From IMG/VR virus record IMGVR_UViG_3300045988_092720: a DNA stretch of 64,000 bases. One strand, written 5' to 3'. The notes beneath the pieces were generated by a model. The model was not told the origin of the DNA, searched no databases, and saw only the letters and a program-made list of their open reading frames with translations. The stretch is from a virus. Made by a program: the position numbers and the translations under genes. Shown piece after piece: positions 36,530-47,485 of this stretch (positions within the stretch are counted from its first letter, which is position 1; each line of letters opens with the position of its first letter).

Positions 36530-38006
36530 TTTTATGAGCTCCTTTCAGAAAATCATTTTGGCTTCTACCCTTTCTACGTTTTCTCCTATTTTGTCCACCT
36601 TTAGTATCTGCGGAGGCACTTACCATCGACTCTCTCTCAACTACAATATCGAAAGAAATATACTTAAAGATGATTGGGTCATCAGTTTCAAAACGGAATT
36701 TCAAGATAGGAGCGAGAATTTGTGTCTTAAATTCTCCTTGTAACTCTTTAACGGCCCATTTATGAGTTAATTGTACATCGTTAATGTAAATATACCCACG
36801 ACCGTCATTCTCTTCAGATTGGATATCAATATACGTTCTATATGCATTAAGGTTATGAGTGTCTCTCATTTCCTTCGATTGAATAAGTTGATGAATGGCG
36901 TAACCATTGTCAGTTGTATATTTAAAATCAAATTCGTAAATTGCACCATGAGTGTCGTCTGTGTTCATGGCTACCAATACATGATATTGGTTTTCACAAA
37001 TTGATGTAACATTATAAGGGAAAATCCATTTAGTATATCCACCAGTCCAGTAATGATATACAAACATTTCACGACCACACGAACCGCTTACTACCATCTG
37101 TTTTGTTCTACGCAAATCAGAAATAAATGGTTTGGTAACATTATTTTTAAGTTCTGGGTTGATGTTATCACCAATATCCATAACATTAAAGTTTGCATAT
37201 ACTTGAGAACTTTTAACAGATTTTAGACCACGAGTAGAAACGAATACAATATCAGTATTAATATTATCGCAAGCATGTCTACTTACTACATCAGAATTAT
37301 TAGCAAGCAATGTAATTGACCATTCTTCTGGTTCGTTTTGAACGTCGTAAATATAGCCATTACTTTTGAATACCAATACATCAGAAGCTAATTCAGCTAT
37401 AGCAACAATATCCCCACCGTCACCATAACCAATATTAACATCTTTTCGTGCAGAAGCATCGTTACTATTTTCATTCCAGCTATTCACATCACCAATAGCA
37501 GAATATATTAGTAAATCGGAGCCAGTTTTGGCTACAACTACACGAGATGAACGTGTAAATACAATATCGCAATTAGGACTACCATCAATTGTTTTAAGTG
37601 TTTGATAATTATATTCTTGTAACTTAGAGCCACTTGCAATAAGTAAAGAACCTTTCCATTTACAACAAGAAGGGCGTTCCGCATCTCCATTAATTTTACC
37701 AATTAATATTGGTTGTTTGCCAAATTCATATCTGTATACTTCTTTGTTTTTAAGAAATATGAAGAAATCATTCATTTCGTAATCATTGTATACATGTGTA
37801 ACAGGAGAATTGAAAGAAGCTAGAGGGGTACTTAAACCCCTCCGTGTTCTTAATTTACTACCTACTACATCGAATTCCATGTTTTCTAGGCGAACAACTT
37901 CATTATCTTTGATAAACTCAGGAGACTTGGCAATATTCATGCCACCAGTTAAATCATCTAATTTAACGGTAACAATTTTTTTAGTTTTGCCACGTTTTTG
38001 AGCCAT
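36507..38006 (-). CDS. hypothetical virion structural protein (499 aa)
   Basis: Large beta-rich ORF in the structural operon. Confidence 0.45.
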   Translation of the reverse strand: MAQKRGKTKKIVTVKLDDLTGGMNIAKSPEFIKDNEVVRLENMEFDVVGSKLRTRRGLSTPLASFNSPVTHVYNDYEMNDFFIFLKNKEVYRYEFGKQPILIGKINGDAERPSCCKWKGSLLIASGSKLQEYNYQTLKTIDGSPNCDIVFTRSSRVVVAKTGSDLLIYSAIGDVNSWNENSNDASARKDVNIGYGDGGDIVAIAELASDVLVFKSNGYIYDVQNEPEEWSITLLANNSDVVSRHACDNINTDIVFVSTRGLKSVKSSQVYANFNVMDIGDNINPELKNNVTKPFISDLRRTKQMVVSGSCGREMFVYHYWTGGYTKWIFPYNVTSICENQYHVLVAMNTDDTHGAIYEFDFKYTTDNGYAIHQLIQSKEMRDTHNLNAYRTYIDIQSEENDGRGYIYINDVQLTHKWAVKELQGEFKTQILAPILKFRFETDDPIIFKYISFDIVVERESMVSASADTKGGQNRRKRRKGRSQNDFLKGAHKNGGSPYS

Positions 38007-38019
38007 AATTCACCTTGTC

Positions 38020-39129
38020 TTAATAATCGAATACAGTATCTTCAAAATCAGCAGATGTTGGTAATGAACCATCGGACAATAGACCAATGCCAATCGTAGC
38101 GTATTCGTCATTTTTTAATCCATTGATTACATCCATAATAAAACCTTCAGTACTAGATTGACCTGGTGATTTAGAAACAAGTAATTTAGTAGCTAGTTTG
38201 CCATTATTTTTTGAGATATATAGATAAACATTGTTGTCTTCTACATAGATAAAACATGAGTTTTTACCGCCATTAATATTGAAGTTTACAGTCTCAACTT
38301 GCTTTAAGTACACTGGCATATCTAAGACACGGTTGTTGCCATGGGACCACACTCTTAATAGACCTCTAACGGAACGTTCTCCATTCAAGGAGTTAATATA
38401 AGAGAAAGCCTCTGGGTATGTTTCACCACCTAACATATATCTAGTTGTACCATCAACCTGTACATCAATATCTCTCCAATTATCGACATTAGAGTTTGGT
38501 TTCAAATCCTTTTCAGGTGTGTTTTCAAATGCAATAAATTGTTCTACAAAGAAAGGTTTTACTCCAGTTTGTAATCTTTTGTCTCGTACATATAGAGGAA
38601 TAGTTTTTTGAACACCACCAACTGTATAACTAATATTCACAGTAGCATCTGTTACTTCTGCTTCTATTGGCTCAATCATAAATTCATATTTTTTGTATTT
38701 AACTTCGCCTGCATCAAAATCTTGCATTCCGTTAACCGTAACTTGAGATTTCATTTTATCAGCATATAACGATTGCTGTTGGGTAATACGTGATTTGTAT
38801 GGACCATCTGGGATAGTAATATTTTCAACAGGTAACGCTGTTAACAATACTGTCTTATTATAACCGCTCATTTCAATAACTGGTTTTACTTTTGCAAAAG
38901 GTACTAAATCTGTATCATTTAATGCAAAAGCATTATTTCTATCAATATCATTAATAATCTTACGATACACATCTGTACCTTTAGAATTTACAACAATAGA
39001 GCGGATTTCAGATGGGAATTTAGAGAATTTTCTTTCTGATGTTACACCTTTTTCTTTAATAGCAGATGCAATATCATTTTTAGTCTTCTCTAATTCGTTA
39101 AAACTTACAATTACGCTTTGAATATCCAT
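38020..39129 (-). CDS. hypothetical virion structural protein (369 aa)
   Basis: ORF in the structural operon. Confidence 0.45.
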   Translation of the reverse strand: MDIQSVIVSFNELEKTKNDIASAIKEKGVTSERKFSKFPSEIRSIVVNSKGTDVYRKIINDIDRNNAFALNDTDLVPFAKVKPVIEMSGYNKTVLLTALPVENITIPDGPYKSRITQQQSLYADKMKSQVTVNGMQDFDAGEVKYKKYEFMIEPIEAEVTDATVNISYTVGGVQKTIPLYVRDKRLQTGVKPFFVEQFIAFENTPEKDLKPNSNVDNWRDIDVQVDGTTRYMLGGETYPEAFSYINSLNGERSVRGLLRVWSHGNNRVLDMPVYLKQVETVNFNINGGKNSCFIYVEDNNVYLYISKNNGKLATKLLVSKSPGQSSTEGFIMDVINGLKNDEYATIGIGLLSDGSLPTSADFEDTVFDY

Positions 39130-39137
39130 AATACCTC

Positions 39138-40316
39138 CTAAGCATTTAATCTATCAACGGCTTGTTTTAGAAGAGTTAAATCCTCCTCGTACTTAGCCTT
39201 AGAAATAAAATTATCGTCTACTTCTTTTTTTGTATAAAGAGTTTTAGAGTCTGTTTCTAAATCTTTAGTAGTTAATAAGGAGCGAGATTTAGAACCGTCC
39301 CACCATGTAACACGAGATGCAGATAACGCTAAAGGTTTATCTTTATGACCTGCCTCAACACCATTACCTCTGGAAAGTTTAATTAAGCTCCATTCCGTAC
39401 CAGATGTATCTTTGCCTGTTAATGGCACATTATTCTCTAATGGTGTAATACTTGGCGGAGTATAGTTAATGTTATTGAAATACTTAGTATTAGCACTGTG
39501 TTTATATACTTCAACCTTGCCATTGTTATTAGCTGTGAAATATACCTCGCCATTAGCGATAGCAAAATCTTCAACCTCAAGTGCAGATGTTACTTCTGTA
39601 TTAGTAACACTATCTTCTAAGTTTTCGATAATATAGCCACCAACAGAGAATACAATACTCTTCCCATTATATAACGCACCGTTTGTATCTTGGCTAGTAG
39701 AGATAATTGGAATTGTTGCAGTGTTTTCCAACGCTCTATTTTCATTATAATACTGAACTGTTCGTTGCTTAGTAGTGCTAGTATACAGAATAGAAACAAA
39801 CTTATTCGCCGTTTTGTCGTAAGCTAAGTTAAACACCTTATTAGGGAAGTTTACAGTACCTTCAATAGCCATGTCAGTAGTCATAACAGCTACTTGGTTA
39901 GGATTTACAGCACCATTAGTTACATAGATTTTACCTTTGTAAGCACACAATGTATTGCAATGACCCAATCTATTTTTATCTGTAAATGTTTGCTTAGACA
40001 TTAAGGTGGAAAAGTCAGCATTGTATTTATAGAATACTTGTTTGGTATTATCATTATTTACACAAGCAATATAGAAAGCATTCGCTTCTTCACTATATGT
40101 AAATCCTTGACATTGGTTTACACCACTATCTAAAGGAATTTCTAATACCTTAACAATGTTATCTGCACTCTTGAATAATGTCGGTGCAGAGCCTTTAAGA
40201 CTTTTAATGAAGTCAGCTTCTGTGCCTGTATTACCAAGCTCTAACCAAGATTGATAAGCACTTTTACCAACATCGCCCTTAGGACCTTTAATATTACCTA
40301 ATTTAACTCTTGGCAT
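39138..40316 (-). CDS. tail fibre/receptor-binding-like protein (392 aa)
   Basis: N-terminal GNIKGPKGDVGKSAY fibre-like motif; beta-rich; adjacent to the collagen-like fibre gene. Confidence 0.45.
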   Translation of the reverse strand: MPRVKLGNIKGPKGDVGKSAYQSWLELGNTGTEADFIKSLKGSAPTLFKSADNIVKVLEIPLDSGVNQCQGFTYSEEANAFYIACVNNDNTKQVFYKYNADFSTLMSKQTFTDKNRLGHCNTLCAYKGKIYVTNGAVNPNQVAVMTTDMAIEGTVNFPNKVFNLAYDKTANKFVSILYTSTTKQRTVQYYNENRALENTATIPIISTSQDTNGALYNGKSIVFSVGGYIIENLEDSVTNTEVTSALEVEDFAIANGEVYFTANNNGKVEVYKHSANTKYFNNINYTPPSITPLENNVPLTGKDTSGTEWSLIKLSRGNGVEAGHKDKPLALSASRVTWWDGSKSRSLLTTKDLETDSKTLYTKKEVDDNFISKAKYEEDLTLLKQAVDRLNA

Positions 40317-41668
40317 TACTGACCTCCTTCCCAGAAACCAACAATATCTAAAATGTAGCGTTTGTTATTACCTGCTACGCCCCAACCTTTGATATTACGA
40401 GAGTTAGGCTCAACGTAAACGCTATTATTATTGGCATCAATAGATACTTCTAATAACCGTTTAGGAACAGGAGAACTATTAGGTAATGTACATAATACAC
40501 CACCATTACCAGAACCATTACCAGTTACTTTCATATCTAAGTGCAATTTGCCGAAGCCTGTAGCAGGGTTGAATTCGAGATAACCCCGACCATTACCTGC
40601 GGCTCCTGCCTGTGCAACACCCCACACAACATCGTATGTTTTAACTGCACTTGTATTTACAGCATTAGGTGCAACAGCATTACTAGGTGCAAGGTTAGAA
40701 TAAGCAATATCTACAAACAAATCACCATTTTCATCTAGTGTAAATGTTAATTCTGGTTGCGTACCATTATCGCCTTTATCCCCCTTAGGACCTGTGGGAC
40801 CTATGTCACCTTTCGGTCCTCGTTCTCCTGCTTCTCCTTTTGGTCCTACGTTACCTTGTGGTCCTTGTGGTCCTACATTACCTTGTAAACCTTGTGGACC
40901 ATCTACACCTCTAGGTCCTTGTGGACCAGTAGGACCTATTGGACCTTGTGGACCAATATCGCCTTTGTCACCTTTTACGCCAGACATAGTAATGAGGTAT
41001 TCCATTACTCCGCCATTTTTAACAAATACTTTACCGTTATCGGCATCATTAGAACGAACCATAACTAAGCTGTATTCAGAGAATGTGGAAGCGTTGTTAT
41101 GCACAGATGCTACAGATGGTTGGATAGAGCTGATTTTAAAAGGCTCCCCTCGTTCACCTCTTGGACCTTGTAAGCCAGTAGGACCGATAGGACCTATAGG
41201 ACCACGCTCACCCTGTACGCCACGAGGACCTTGTGGACCAATTTCCCCACGTATACCTTGAATACCTTGCAAGCCTTGAGGGCCGATAGGACCAACATCA
41301 CCACGTTCACCTTTAGGACCTGCTTCACCACGTTCGCCGTTATCCCCTTTAGGTCCAATAGGACCTGCGGGACCAGTTGGTCCAGTTAGACCTTGTGGAC
41401 CTACATCACCTTTTGGACCCGCTTGACCATCGTTACCTTTTGGACCAGTTAAACCTCTAGGACCTTCTGGACCCATAGGACCTTGAGAGCCATCTTCCCC
41501 TTTAGGACCTGCTTCACCTTTAGGTCCTTTTAGTTTTTCCAATTGTTCTGGCGTAAAGTCTTCAAACTTAAAGTCTTTGCCATTTTTGCCATCTTTCCCA
41601 TCACGATTGTGATTAATCGTAATACTAGGAGAAGAGGGTTGGATAATTTTAATAATTTTGTCAGCCAT
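40316..41668 (-). CDS. collagen-like repeat tail fibre protein (450 aa)
   Basis: Two long Gly-X-Y tracts ([25 protein letters not shown]..., [16 protein letters not shown]...). Confidence 0.65.
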   Translation of the reverse strand: MADKIIKIIQPSSPSITINHNRDGKDGKNGKDFKFEDFTPEQLEKLKGPKGEAGPKGEDGSQGPMGPEGPRGLTGPKGNDGQAGPKGDVGPQGLTGPTGPAGPIGPKGDNGERGEAGPKGERGDVGPIGPQGLQGIQGIRGEIGPQGPRGVQGERGPIGPIGPTGLQGPRGERGEPFKISSIQPSVASVHNNASTFSEYSLVMVRSNDADNGKVFVKNGGVMEYLITMSGVKGDKGDIGPQGPIGPTGPQGPRGVDGPQGLQGNVGPQGPQGNVGPKGEAGERGPKGDIGPTGPKGDKGDNGTQPELTFTLDENGDLFVDIAYSNLAPSNAVAPNAVNTSAVKTYDVVWGVAQAGAAGNGRGYLEFNPATGFGKLHLDMKVTGNGSGNGGVLCTLPNSSPVPKRLLEVSIDANNNSVYVEPNSRNIKGWGVAGNNKRYILDIVGFWEGGQ

Positions 41669-41677
41669 TTATACCTC

Positions 41678-42058
41678 CTAGTGGAAAGAAATACCAGGAC
41701 TTACAATAAACTTGCCCTGTACAATACGTTCTTTACGACCGTTTGTGTTAATTTGCTGAACATCATAATAGTAAGAGTTTGTTTCTCCGTAATAATCACC
41801 ATCTGTGTCAATTTGACTGGTAACTTCAGAGGAGAAGTTAATGTCTAACACGCCTTTTGTCGCATCACGAATGACACATTCAGCTTCGGCAATTACATCT
41901 TGGTTTTCAGCTGTTTCTCTTACCTTACAAACAAACTGATATCCAGTAATGTCAATGGGTTTGTTTTGCCCATCGCTGACAACCATCTGCAAGGAAAAAT
42001 CATCACCTTGATTGACGGTAATATCATATACTGGAACTGTAGATTTAAACTTTGCCAC
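41678..42058 (-). CDS. hypothetical protein (126 aa)
   Basis: ORF. Confidence 0.4.
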   Translation of the reverse strand: MAKFKSTVPVYDITVNQGDDFSLQMVVSDGQNKPIDITGYQFVCKVRETAENQDVIAEAECVIRDATKGVLDINFSSEVTSQIDTDGDYYGETNSYYYDVQQINTNGRKERIVQGKFIVSPGISFH

Positions 42059-42315
42059 TACTCAGCACCAGACCTTTCTTTGTAGCTTCCTACCTCAGAA
42101 TTATATTTAGAGTTAATGTATTTATTGGCTACTTGAGTCATAGGACCACCACCTGCCGCCATAGTAGCAAGCGTTTCGTAATGGTCCCATCTAGCATCAA
42201 AGAATACCAAGTAGATTGTAACTCCAATAAATAATAATACGAACAACATAGAGATTGTTCTAGTGAGTGAAAGTCCGCCATTTTCAAACATTAGCATTTC
42301 AAATAAACGCTTCAA
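42058..42315 (-). CDS. small single-TM membrane protein (85 aa), holin-like candidate
   Basis: One TM helix (ISMLFVLLFIGVTIYLVFF) with a charged C-terminus. Confidence 0.35.
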   Translation of the reverse strand: MKRLFEMLMFENGGLSLTRTISMLFVLLFIGVTIYLVFFDARWDHYETLATMAAGGGPMTQVANKYINSKYNSEVGSYKERSGAE

Positions 42316-42860
42316 TTTTTTATCACCTCTTTGGTTTCCTTGATAAATTCACGTAACTCTTTAAACCATTTAAAGGCTTCTGCGTCTAGTTCATTTAATT
42401 TTTCGATAATAGATACAATCTCACATAACATCGGTGCTAACATAAATAGCATTGATAAAAGTGCATCTATTCTAAATCCCATAACAGGAACATCAGGTAA
42501 TGACCATGCTGTAGCTGCTAGAGTGAAGAAAATAGGATATTCAAAAGATACCTTAGAAAATAAAGATTTACGGAATGCTTTACTAACCAAAAATCTTTTC
42601 TTTGTCCCATTCGAGAGAGTAACAGTTCCCCAACCAAGGAATAACGCTTTAAACATATTCCATGCGGTACATTCTTTACCAACCGCCTTGTTGTATTCAA
42701 CAAGTTCAATAACAAACCGTAATGCAATATCTATTAATAATAGAATTGTTACAGCTAAAATACAGAAAATAATATCGTACACAGCATTATCTGGTGTACT
42801 TTGATATAAGTAGGAAAGAATGCTATCCCTTGGTGGTGGCAGCATTATTTCAATCATCAA
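42312..42860 (-). CDS. multi-pass membrane protein (182 aa)
   Basis: Three or four hydrophobic helices. Confidence 0.4.
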   Translation of the reverse strand: MMIEIMLPPPRDSILSYLYQSTPDNAVYDIIFCILAVTILLLIDIALRFVIELVEYNKAVGKECTAWNMFKALFLGWGTVTLSNGTKKRFLVSKAFRKSLFSKVSFEYPIFFTLAATAWSLPDVPVMGFRIDALLSMLFMLAPMLCEIVSIIEKLNELDAEAFKWFKELREFIKETKEVIKN

Positions 42861-42871
42861 ACCTCCAATTA

Positions 42872-43696
42872 TTAAATTATATTATCATAACTAACTGGAA
42901 TATCAGAACAATTATCAACGTCGGCAACTAAAATTATTGTGCCTTGTTCAGGTATATATGAATAGGTAGTACCTCTACCATTTTTTTGATATGTTCCATA
43001 AATAGAATTTCCATCTATATTAATACGTTGAAGGTGAGCATAGTTCCCTTCTGACGATGCTTTTAACAAAACAGCGACAGCCATTTTTTTAATAGATGGG
43101 TATTGATATGCAGGAAAATCATACTGTTTGTCTCCTTGGTCGTAGTGTTTAGTAATAATGTCTTTGACTTGCAGATATCTGTAGTTGCTATTAAATAATA
43201 CATCACCATTACTATTCATAACCTCAAATCCATTTTCGCCCTTGTGAATAATATTATCAGTATAGACATAAATTTTAATATATTTATGTCCGTCGTACTG
43301 ATGGTCAGTATTTTTAAATTTTACATACAGTTCTAGCCTACGACCACCTTTGTCGCTCATAACCAAACCATTTTTTCCCCAACTCTCTATTGTCCCGTAT
43401 ACTTCGTTAATCTGGAAGTCTTCGATAGGAGCACTACTTTCAACGACATACAACAAATTTTCAGAATTAATATCGGATGTAATGTTAACACGTGCGTACC
43501 ATACATTACTTGATTGACCGTTAGGATATTTTACCCAGTATGCACCAACTGGATAACCATTCTTTTCATAAAAGTTATCTTTCGGACCAATTTTCTGTGT
43601 AGAATGGAACCCTATAACCTTTTTCAAAACCATATTTTGATATTGGTCACTAATCTGCAAAATATTATTGTCATTAGTAATTTCTACATACTTCAT
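42872..43696 (-). CDS. hypothetical virion protein (274 aa)
   Basis: Beta-rich ORF. Confidence 0.45.
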   Translation of the reverse strand: MKYVEITNDNNILQISDQYQNMVLKKVIGFHSTQKIGPKDNFYEKNGYPVGAYWVKYPNGQSSNVWYARVNITSDINSENLLYVVESSAPIEDFQINEVYGTIESWGKNGLVMSDKGGRRLELYVKFKNTDHQYDGHKYIKIYVYTDNIIHKGENGFEVMNSNGDVLFNSNYRYLQVKDIITKHYDQGDKQYDFPAYQYPSIKKMAVAVLLKASSEGNYAHLQRINIDGNSIYGTYQKNGRGTTYSYIPEQGTIILVADVDNCSDIPVSYDNII

Positions 43697-44071
43697 TTAG
43701 CATACCCCATATATAATTTTTAAAATACACCCACCATTTTTATAGGCATCAATATAACCCCGTTTACTTTCCATAATTTTATAATGAATAGTATTACCGC
43801 TAACCCACATTAAGTAAGGATTTTCATATAAACCATAAAGATTAATACTAAACCAAATTTTCGCTCCACTAATTACAGGAACGTCAATACTACCAGACTC
43901 CTCTATTTTTGTTAGAGTTTTAACACCGACAATTTGTGTTAATCTATCTGTAATATCTACAACAGTTTTGCCATTCTCATCAAATATTTGTATACCTTGT
44001 GGCACTTTATCCTCCTTTTTAAAGAAAGATTTGATTTTTTCTTTAATTTTTTTAAACCAGCTCAATTCCAC
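43697..44071 (-). CDS. hypothetical protein (124 aa)
   Basis: ORF. Confidence 0.4.
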   Translation of the reverse strand: MELSWFKKIKEKIKSFFKKEDKVPQGIQIFDENGKTVVDITDRLTQIVGVKTLTKIEESGSIDVPVISGAKIWFSINLYGLYENPYLMWVSGNTIHYKIMESKRGYIDAYKNGGCILKIIYGVC

Positions 44072-46002
44072 ACCCCCACTCTAACACGCAACCGATTATT
44101 TTCATCATATACCTCAATTAAATTATCTCTGATTTCAGTCCTAGCACCAGTAGTAGCTGTTCTTAATATACCAATTTTAGCACTAAGGCTTGACAAGCTA
44201 TTAACATTTAACTTATCAGCAGAAATAGAATTTGCTTTAATTTTATCAGCATCGACCGCTCCTGCTTTAAGTTTATTAGTATCAATTGCACCTGCTTGGA
44301 TTTTATCACCACTAATTGTATTAGCTGCAATTTTATCACCAACCAAAGTTCCAGTCTTAATAGCAGAACCATCTAGTGTATTGGTAATGATTTTTGTTCC
44401 CTCAATACTATTAGCAGCTATATGGCTTGACTTAATCTCGCCAGCTTTAATCTTATCTGCGGTAATTGCATTGGCGGCAATCTTATTACCAGTAACTGCA
44501 TTAGCTACTAACTTATCTGTACTAATCGCACCATCAGCAATCTTAGTGCCTACAACAGCGTTATCTCCGATATACTTAGATACTATTACACCATTATCAA
44601 ATACTGTTTGACCAGTGATATGAATGTATTTACCAGAAATACTAACAGTATCAGGTGCTAGATTAATACGAGACACAATCTCTTGACCAGTTAGTTTATC
44701 AACGCCTGCTTTAACTTTAATCTCAATGCTATTAGCTACTTGCGTAATGCTAGTTTGTAAGTTATTAAAGTTGTTCGATACAGTAGAGTTGATTGCCTTT
44801 GCAGTAGCTGTCAATCTACTTTCAGCCGTATCTTTAGCATCTTTAACCTTGGCATCAATAATACCATTCATAGAAGTTAGTGATGTTTGTAATCCGCCAA
44901 TCTTCTTGTCAATCTCTTTACGAGCATTATTAATATCTGTGATACCTTGGTTAATAGCATTAATACCTAACTTTTCTTTATTGAGCATTTCTATTGGTAT
45001 TTCTTCAACAGTACTAATAGTTACTGGGTCAGACATTTCGCCATTACCAAAAATATCAACGTAACAAACCTTAACAGTGTAAGTGCCAGTAGAACAGAGG
45101 TAATTAAGACTGTTGTCCACCACAAAGTTTTCTTCATTATTAACATAGACAATAGCTCCTGTACAATCTTCTGGAATACTAGCAAATGTAATATTAAGAC
45201 CTTCAATTACTGGTTTAACTACTAACTGTGTTGGTTTGGCAGGTACAGCCTTACTGTAATTTACAGTAGCAGGTACTGAATACGAATTACCAACACCTTT
45301 ATTGTAAATATAACCAGTGCCAACACGTGCATATGGTTTAGCAGTAGAGTGCCAATCAGTAGTCAAATCTAATCTATTATGTAACTCACCCACATGTTCA
45401 TCTAAACGGAGTTCTGTCCATTGATAATCATTTTGTGGTCTTTGTTTCCACGACCAATAAGCACCACGTTTATCAAATACAACAGTTGCTTCATATGGAG
45501 CTTCTGGCACATGAGTTTGCTCAGATACATAATAATATGTGATAGGGGCTCTAGCCTTTTCAGAAAGTGCATTACGAATATCTCTACCACGAATTACAAA
45601 TTCATATTTCTTACCAATCTCTACGTTTGGTATTGTAAAGATATTTGTTTTGCCTGTATCGTAATGTTGATGTACCTGTTTATCAGCAAATTGGTCTACT
45701 GTATCGTGGAAATCACCAACTTTAACATCTATACTTACGCCTGCATATTGTTTAATAGGAGTACTATCCCATTTAAGAATTAGAGATACACTACCATTAA
45801 CTGAGCGTTCGTCTATGGTAATATTACGGACTTGTTCAGAAATGGTATCAGGGTTGTCAGCAATACCATTCCAAATCTTTGTAGCCTCATTGATTTGGTC
45901 TTCTAAAGAAGCCTTAATATCGTTTAAATACCCTTTTAGCAAGGAGATAAATTTACGACCATCACCATTTATCGTAGATGGTAGGTTATTTTGTTTGTCC
46001 AT
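44062..46002 (-). CDS. tail fibre/appendage protein with C-terminal 11-residue repeats (646 aa)
   Basis: About ten tandem xxKIxAxAIxx repeats at the C-terminus (NAVTGNKIAANAITADKIKAGEIKSSHIAANSIEGTKI...). Confidence 0.5.
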   Translation of the reverse strand: MDKQNNLPSTINGDGRKFISLLKGYLNDIKASLEDQINEATKIWNGIADNPDTISEQVRNITIDERSVNGSVSLILKWDSTPIKQYAGVSIDVKVGDFHDTVDQFADKQVHQHYDTGKTNIFTIPNVEIGKKYEFVIRGRDIRNALSEKARAPITYYYVSEQTHVPEAPYEATVVFDKRGAYWSWKQRPQNDYQWTELRLDEHVGELHNRLDLTTDWHSTAKPYARVGTGYIYNKGVGNSYSVPATVNYSKAVPAKPTQLVVKPVIEGLNITFASIPEDCTGAIVYVNNEENFVVDNSLNYLCSTGTYTVKVCYVDIFGNGEMSDPVTISTVEEIPIEMLNKEKLGINAINQGITDINNARKEIDKKIGGLQTSLTSMNGIIDAKVKDAKDTAESRLTATAKAINSTVSNNFNNLQTSITQVANSIEIKVKAGVDKLTGQEIVSRINLAPDTVSISGKYIHITGQTVFDNGVIVSKYIGDNAVVGTKIADGAISTDKLVANAVTGNKIAANAITADKIKAGEIKSSHIAANSIEGTKIITNTLDGSAIKTGTLVGDKIAANTISGDKIQAGAIDTNKLKAGAVDADKIKANSISADKLNVNSLSSLSAKIGILRTATTGARTEIRDNLIEVYDENNRLRVRVGVWN

Positions 46003-46010
46003 TTATCCTC

Positions 46011-46475
46011 CTATAAATAATTAATAATAGCCTCCACAAAGTCTTGTTCTACTGTCATATCGAATTCATGATTACTCATTGCAAATACGATAGTTAATTG
46101 AGCAAGAATATTAGAGAATGCTTCATTTGTCCACGGTAATTCATCATTAACTGTAGACACAAATTGAGGTCTGCGATAGTATCTCACAGTATATGGCAAT
46201 TCACCATAACATTCAATTGTTTTACCTTTGTTTTTTAAAAGCAATGGTGCTTGATTGGTAGCTTTATACCAATCATCTGGTGTCGGCGTTTCCTTTTGTG
46301 TGAAAGTAATATCACCGATAACCTCATAATAATTATTGTCGATGAGTACATGCCATACAAAATCAATTGCATCATTAAAGTATGCAATCAATTCATCATC
46401 ATCATACCCACTTTCAATACTATCAGATAAGCGGTTCCTCAATGCCGCTTTTGTCATTAATTCTTTTACTGTCAT
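46011..46475 (-). CDS. head-tail connector/completion-size protein (154 aa)
   Basis: Small ORF between capsid and fibre genes. Confidence 0.4.
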   Translation of the reverse strand: MTVKELMTKAALRNRLSDSIESGYDDDELIAYFNDAIDFVWHVLIDNNYYEVIGDITFTQKETPTPDDWYKATNQAPLLLKNKGKTIECYGELPYTVRYYRRPQFVSTVNDELPWTNEAFSNILAQLTIVFAMSNHEFDMTVEQDFVEAIINYL

Positions 46476-46483
46476 ATTACCTC

Positions 46484-46951
46484 CTAGCCTTGGTCAGCTG
46501 GTGTAGTATTGCTCCCATCAGACTCTTTTTCAAGAGATGGTTTAGCTTCATACAGCAAAAATTGCAATAATTGTTTGTTGAACATAACACGTTTGAATGG
46601 GATTTCATCTTCAAGAGATTTAACATGTGGCATTGCAACATAGTATACAATCTCTAATTCACCATCAAATTCTGGGTCTAAGTGTTTCATAACTGGACCA
46701 TCAACTCTATATTCAAACTCAACAGGGAATTGACCTTGGAATGCGATAAAATCATCTGGTCTTTTTACTTCAGTTGTACCAGTTAATGTTAATTTCTTCG
46801 TCAATTCAGGGTCATTTTGATGAGATAATTCATAGGATAAGCGGTCAATTGCGTTATTTAAACAGTAAATCAACTCAATATCAGAGTATGATGTTTTCTG
46901 CATATCACCAAGACGTTGCCGTGCTAGAATTAACATCTCTTTTACTTTCAT
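46484..46951 (-). CDS. head-tail connector/completion-size protein (155 aa)
   Basis: As above. Confidence 0.4.
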   Translation of the reverse strand: MKVKEMLILARQRLGDMQKTSYSDIELIYCLNNAIDRLSYELSHQNDPELTKKLTLTGTTEVKRPDDFIAFQGQFPVEFEYRVDGPVMKHLDPEFDGELEIVYYVAMPHVKSLEDEIPFKRVMFNKQLLQFLLYEAKPSLEKESDGSNTTPADQG

Positions 46952-46960
46952 GCTTACTCC

Positions 46961-47485
46961 TTATACATAAAACTGCATAGGTCGCTCAATAGGTCTACTA
47001 GCATCACTGGCTGTCATTTTGCGAATTTCTTCTGCAATCATTTTAGCCATACCGTCAGAACCACCTGTTTTATCAGGCTCTTTACGGAGCAACATAGTAG
47101 CAAAGCGTACAAATAAATCAAATAAAATTGGAGGTAAATCAATTTCGTCTGTTACATCTTCAACTTCATCAATGATGCGGTAATACTTTAAAGTAGTATC
47201 ATTTTTGATGTATATTTTTTTGCCCATGATTTCATAAGTATCATTTGTATCTTCTTCTATGGAGTCAAATTTACCGAAATCACTTGGTAGCTTAGCAACG
47301 CCATTATTCGGCTTTAACGGTACTTTATTCGCAATGTAAGAGCTCTCGACGTTGATAAGGGACAAATTGACATATCTCAATACCGTATTAATTGCATCAA
47401 TGAGTTCACTGTTGGAGTGTTGACGATTATATGCCTCATCTAAGTTATATAAAATACTCTCAACGATGGACTGTACTCTAATCAT
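46961..47485 (-). CDS. head-tail connector/completion-size protein (174 aa)
   Basis: As above. Confidence 0.4.
   Translation of the reverse strand: MIRVQSIVESILYNLDEAYNRQHSNSELIDAINTVLRYVNLSLINVESSYIANKVPLKPNNGVAKLPSDFGKFDSIEEDTNDTYEIMGKKIYIKNDTTLKYYRIIDEVEDVTDEIDLPPILFDLFVRFATMLLRKEPDKTGGSDGMAKMIAEEIRKMTASDASRPIERPMQFYV

Noticed and set aside
40794-41261. 155-aa Pro/Gly-rich ORF on the + strand
   Set aside because: It is the antisense reading of the collagen Gly-X-Y repeats in the 40316..41668 gene, so it is repeat mirror-coding and not a gene.
43988-44611. 207-aa hydrophobic Leu/Ala/Ile-rich + strand ORF
   Set aside because: Antisense to the 11-residue repeat region of the 646-aa fibre gene; an open frame caused by the periodic repeat.
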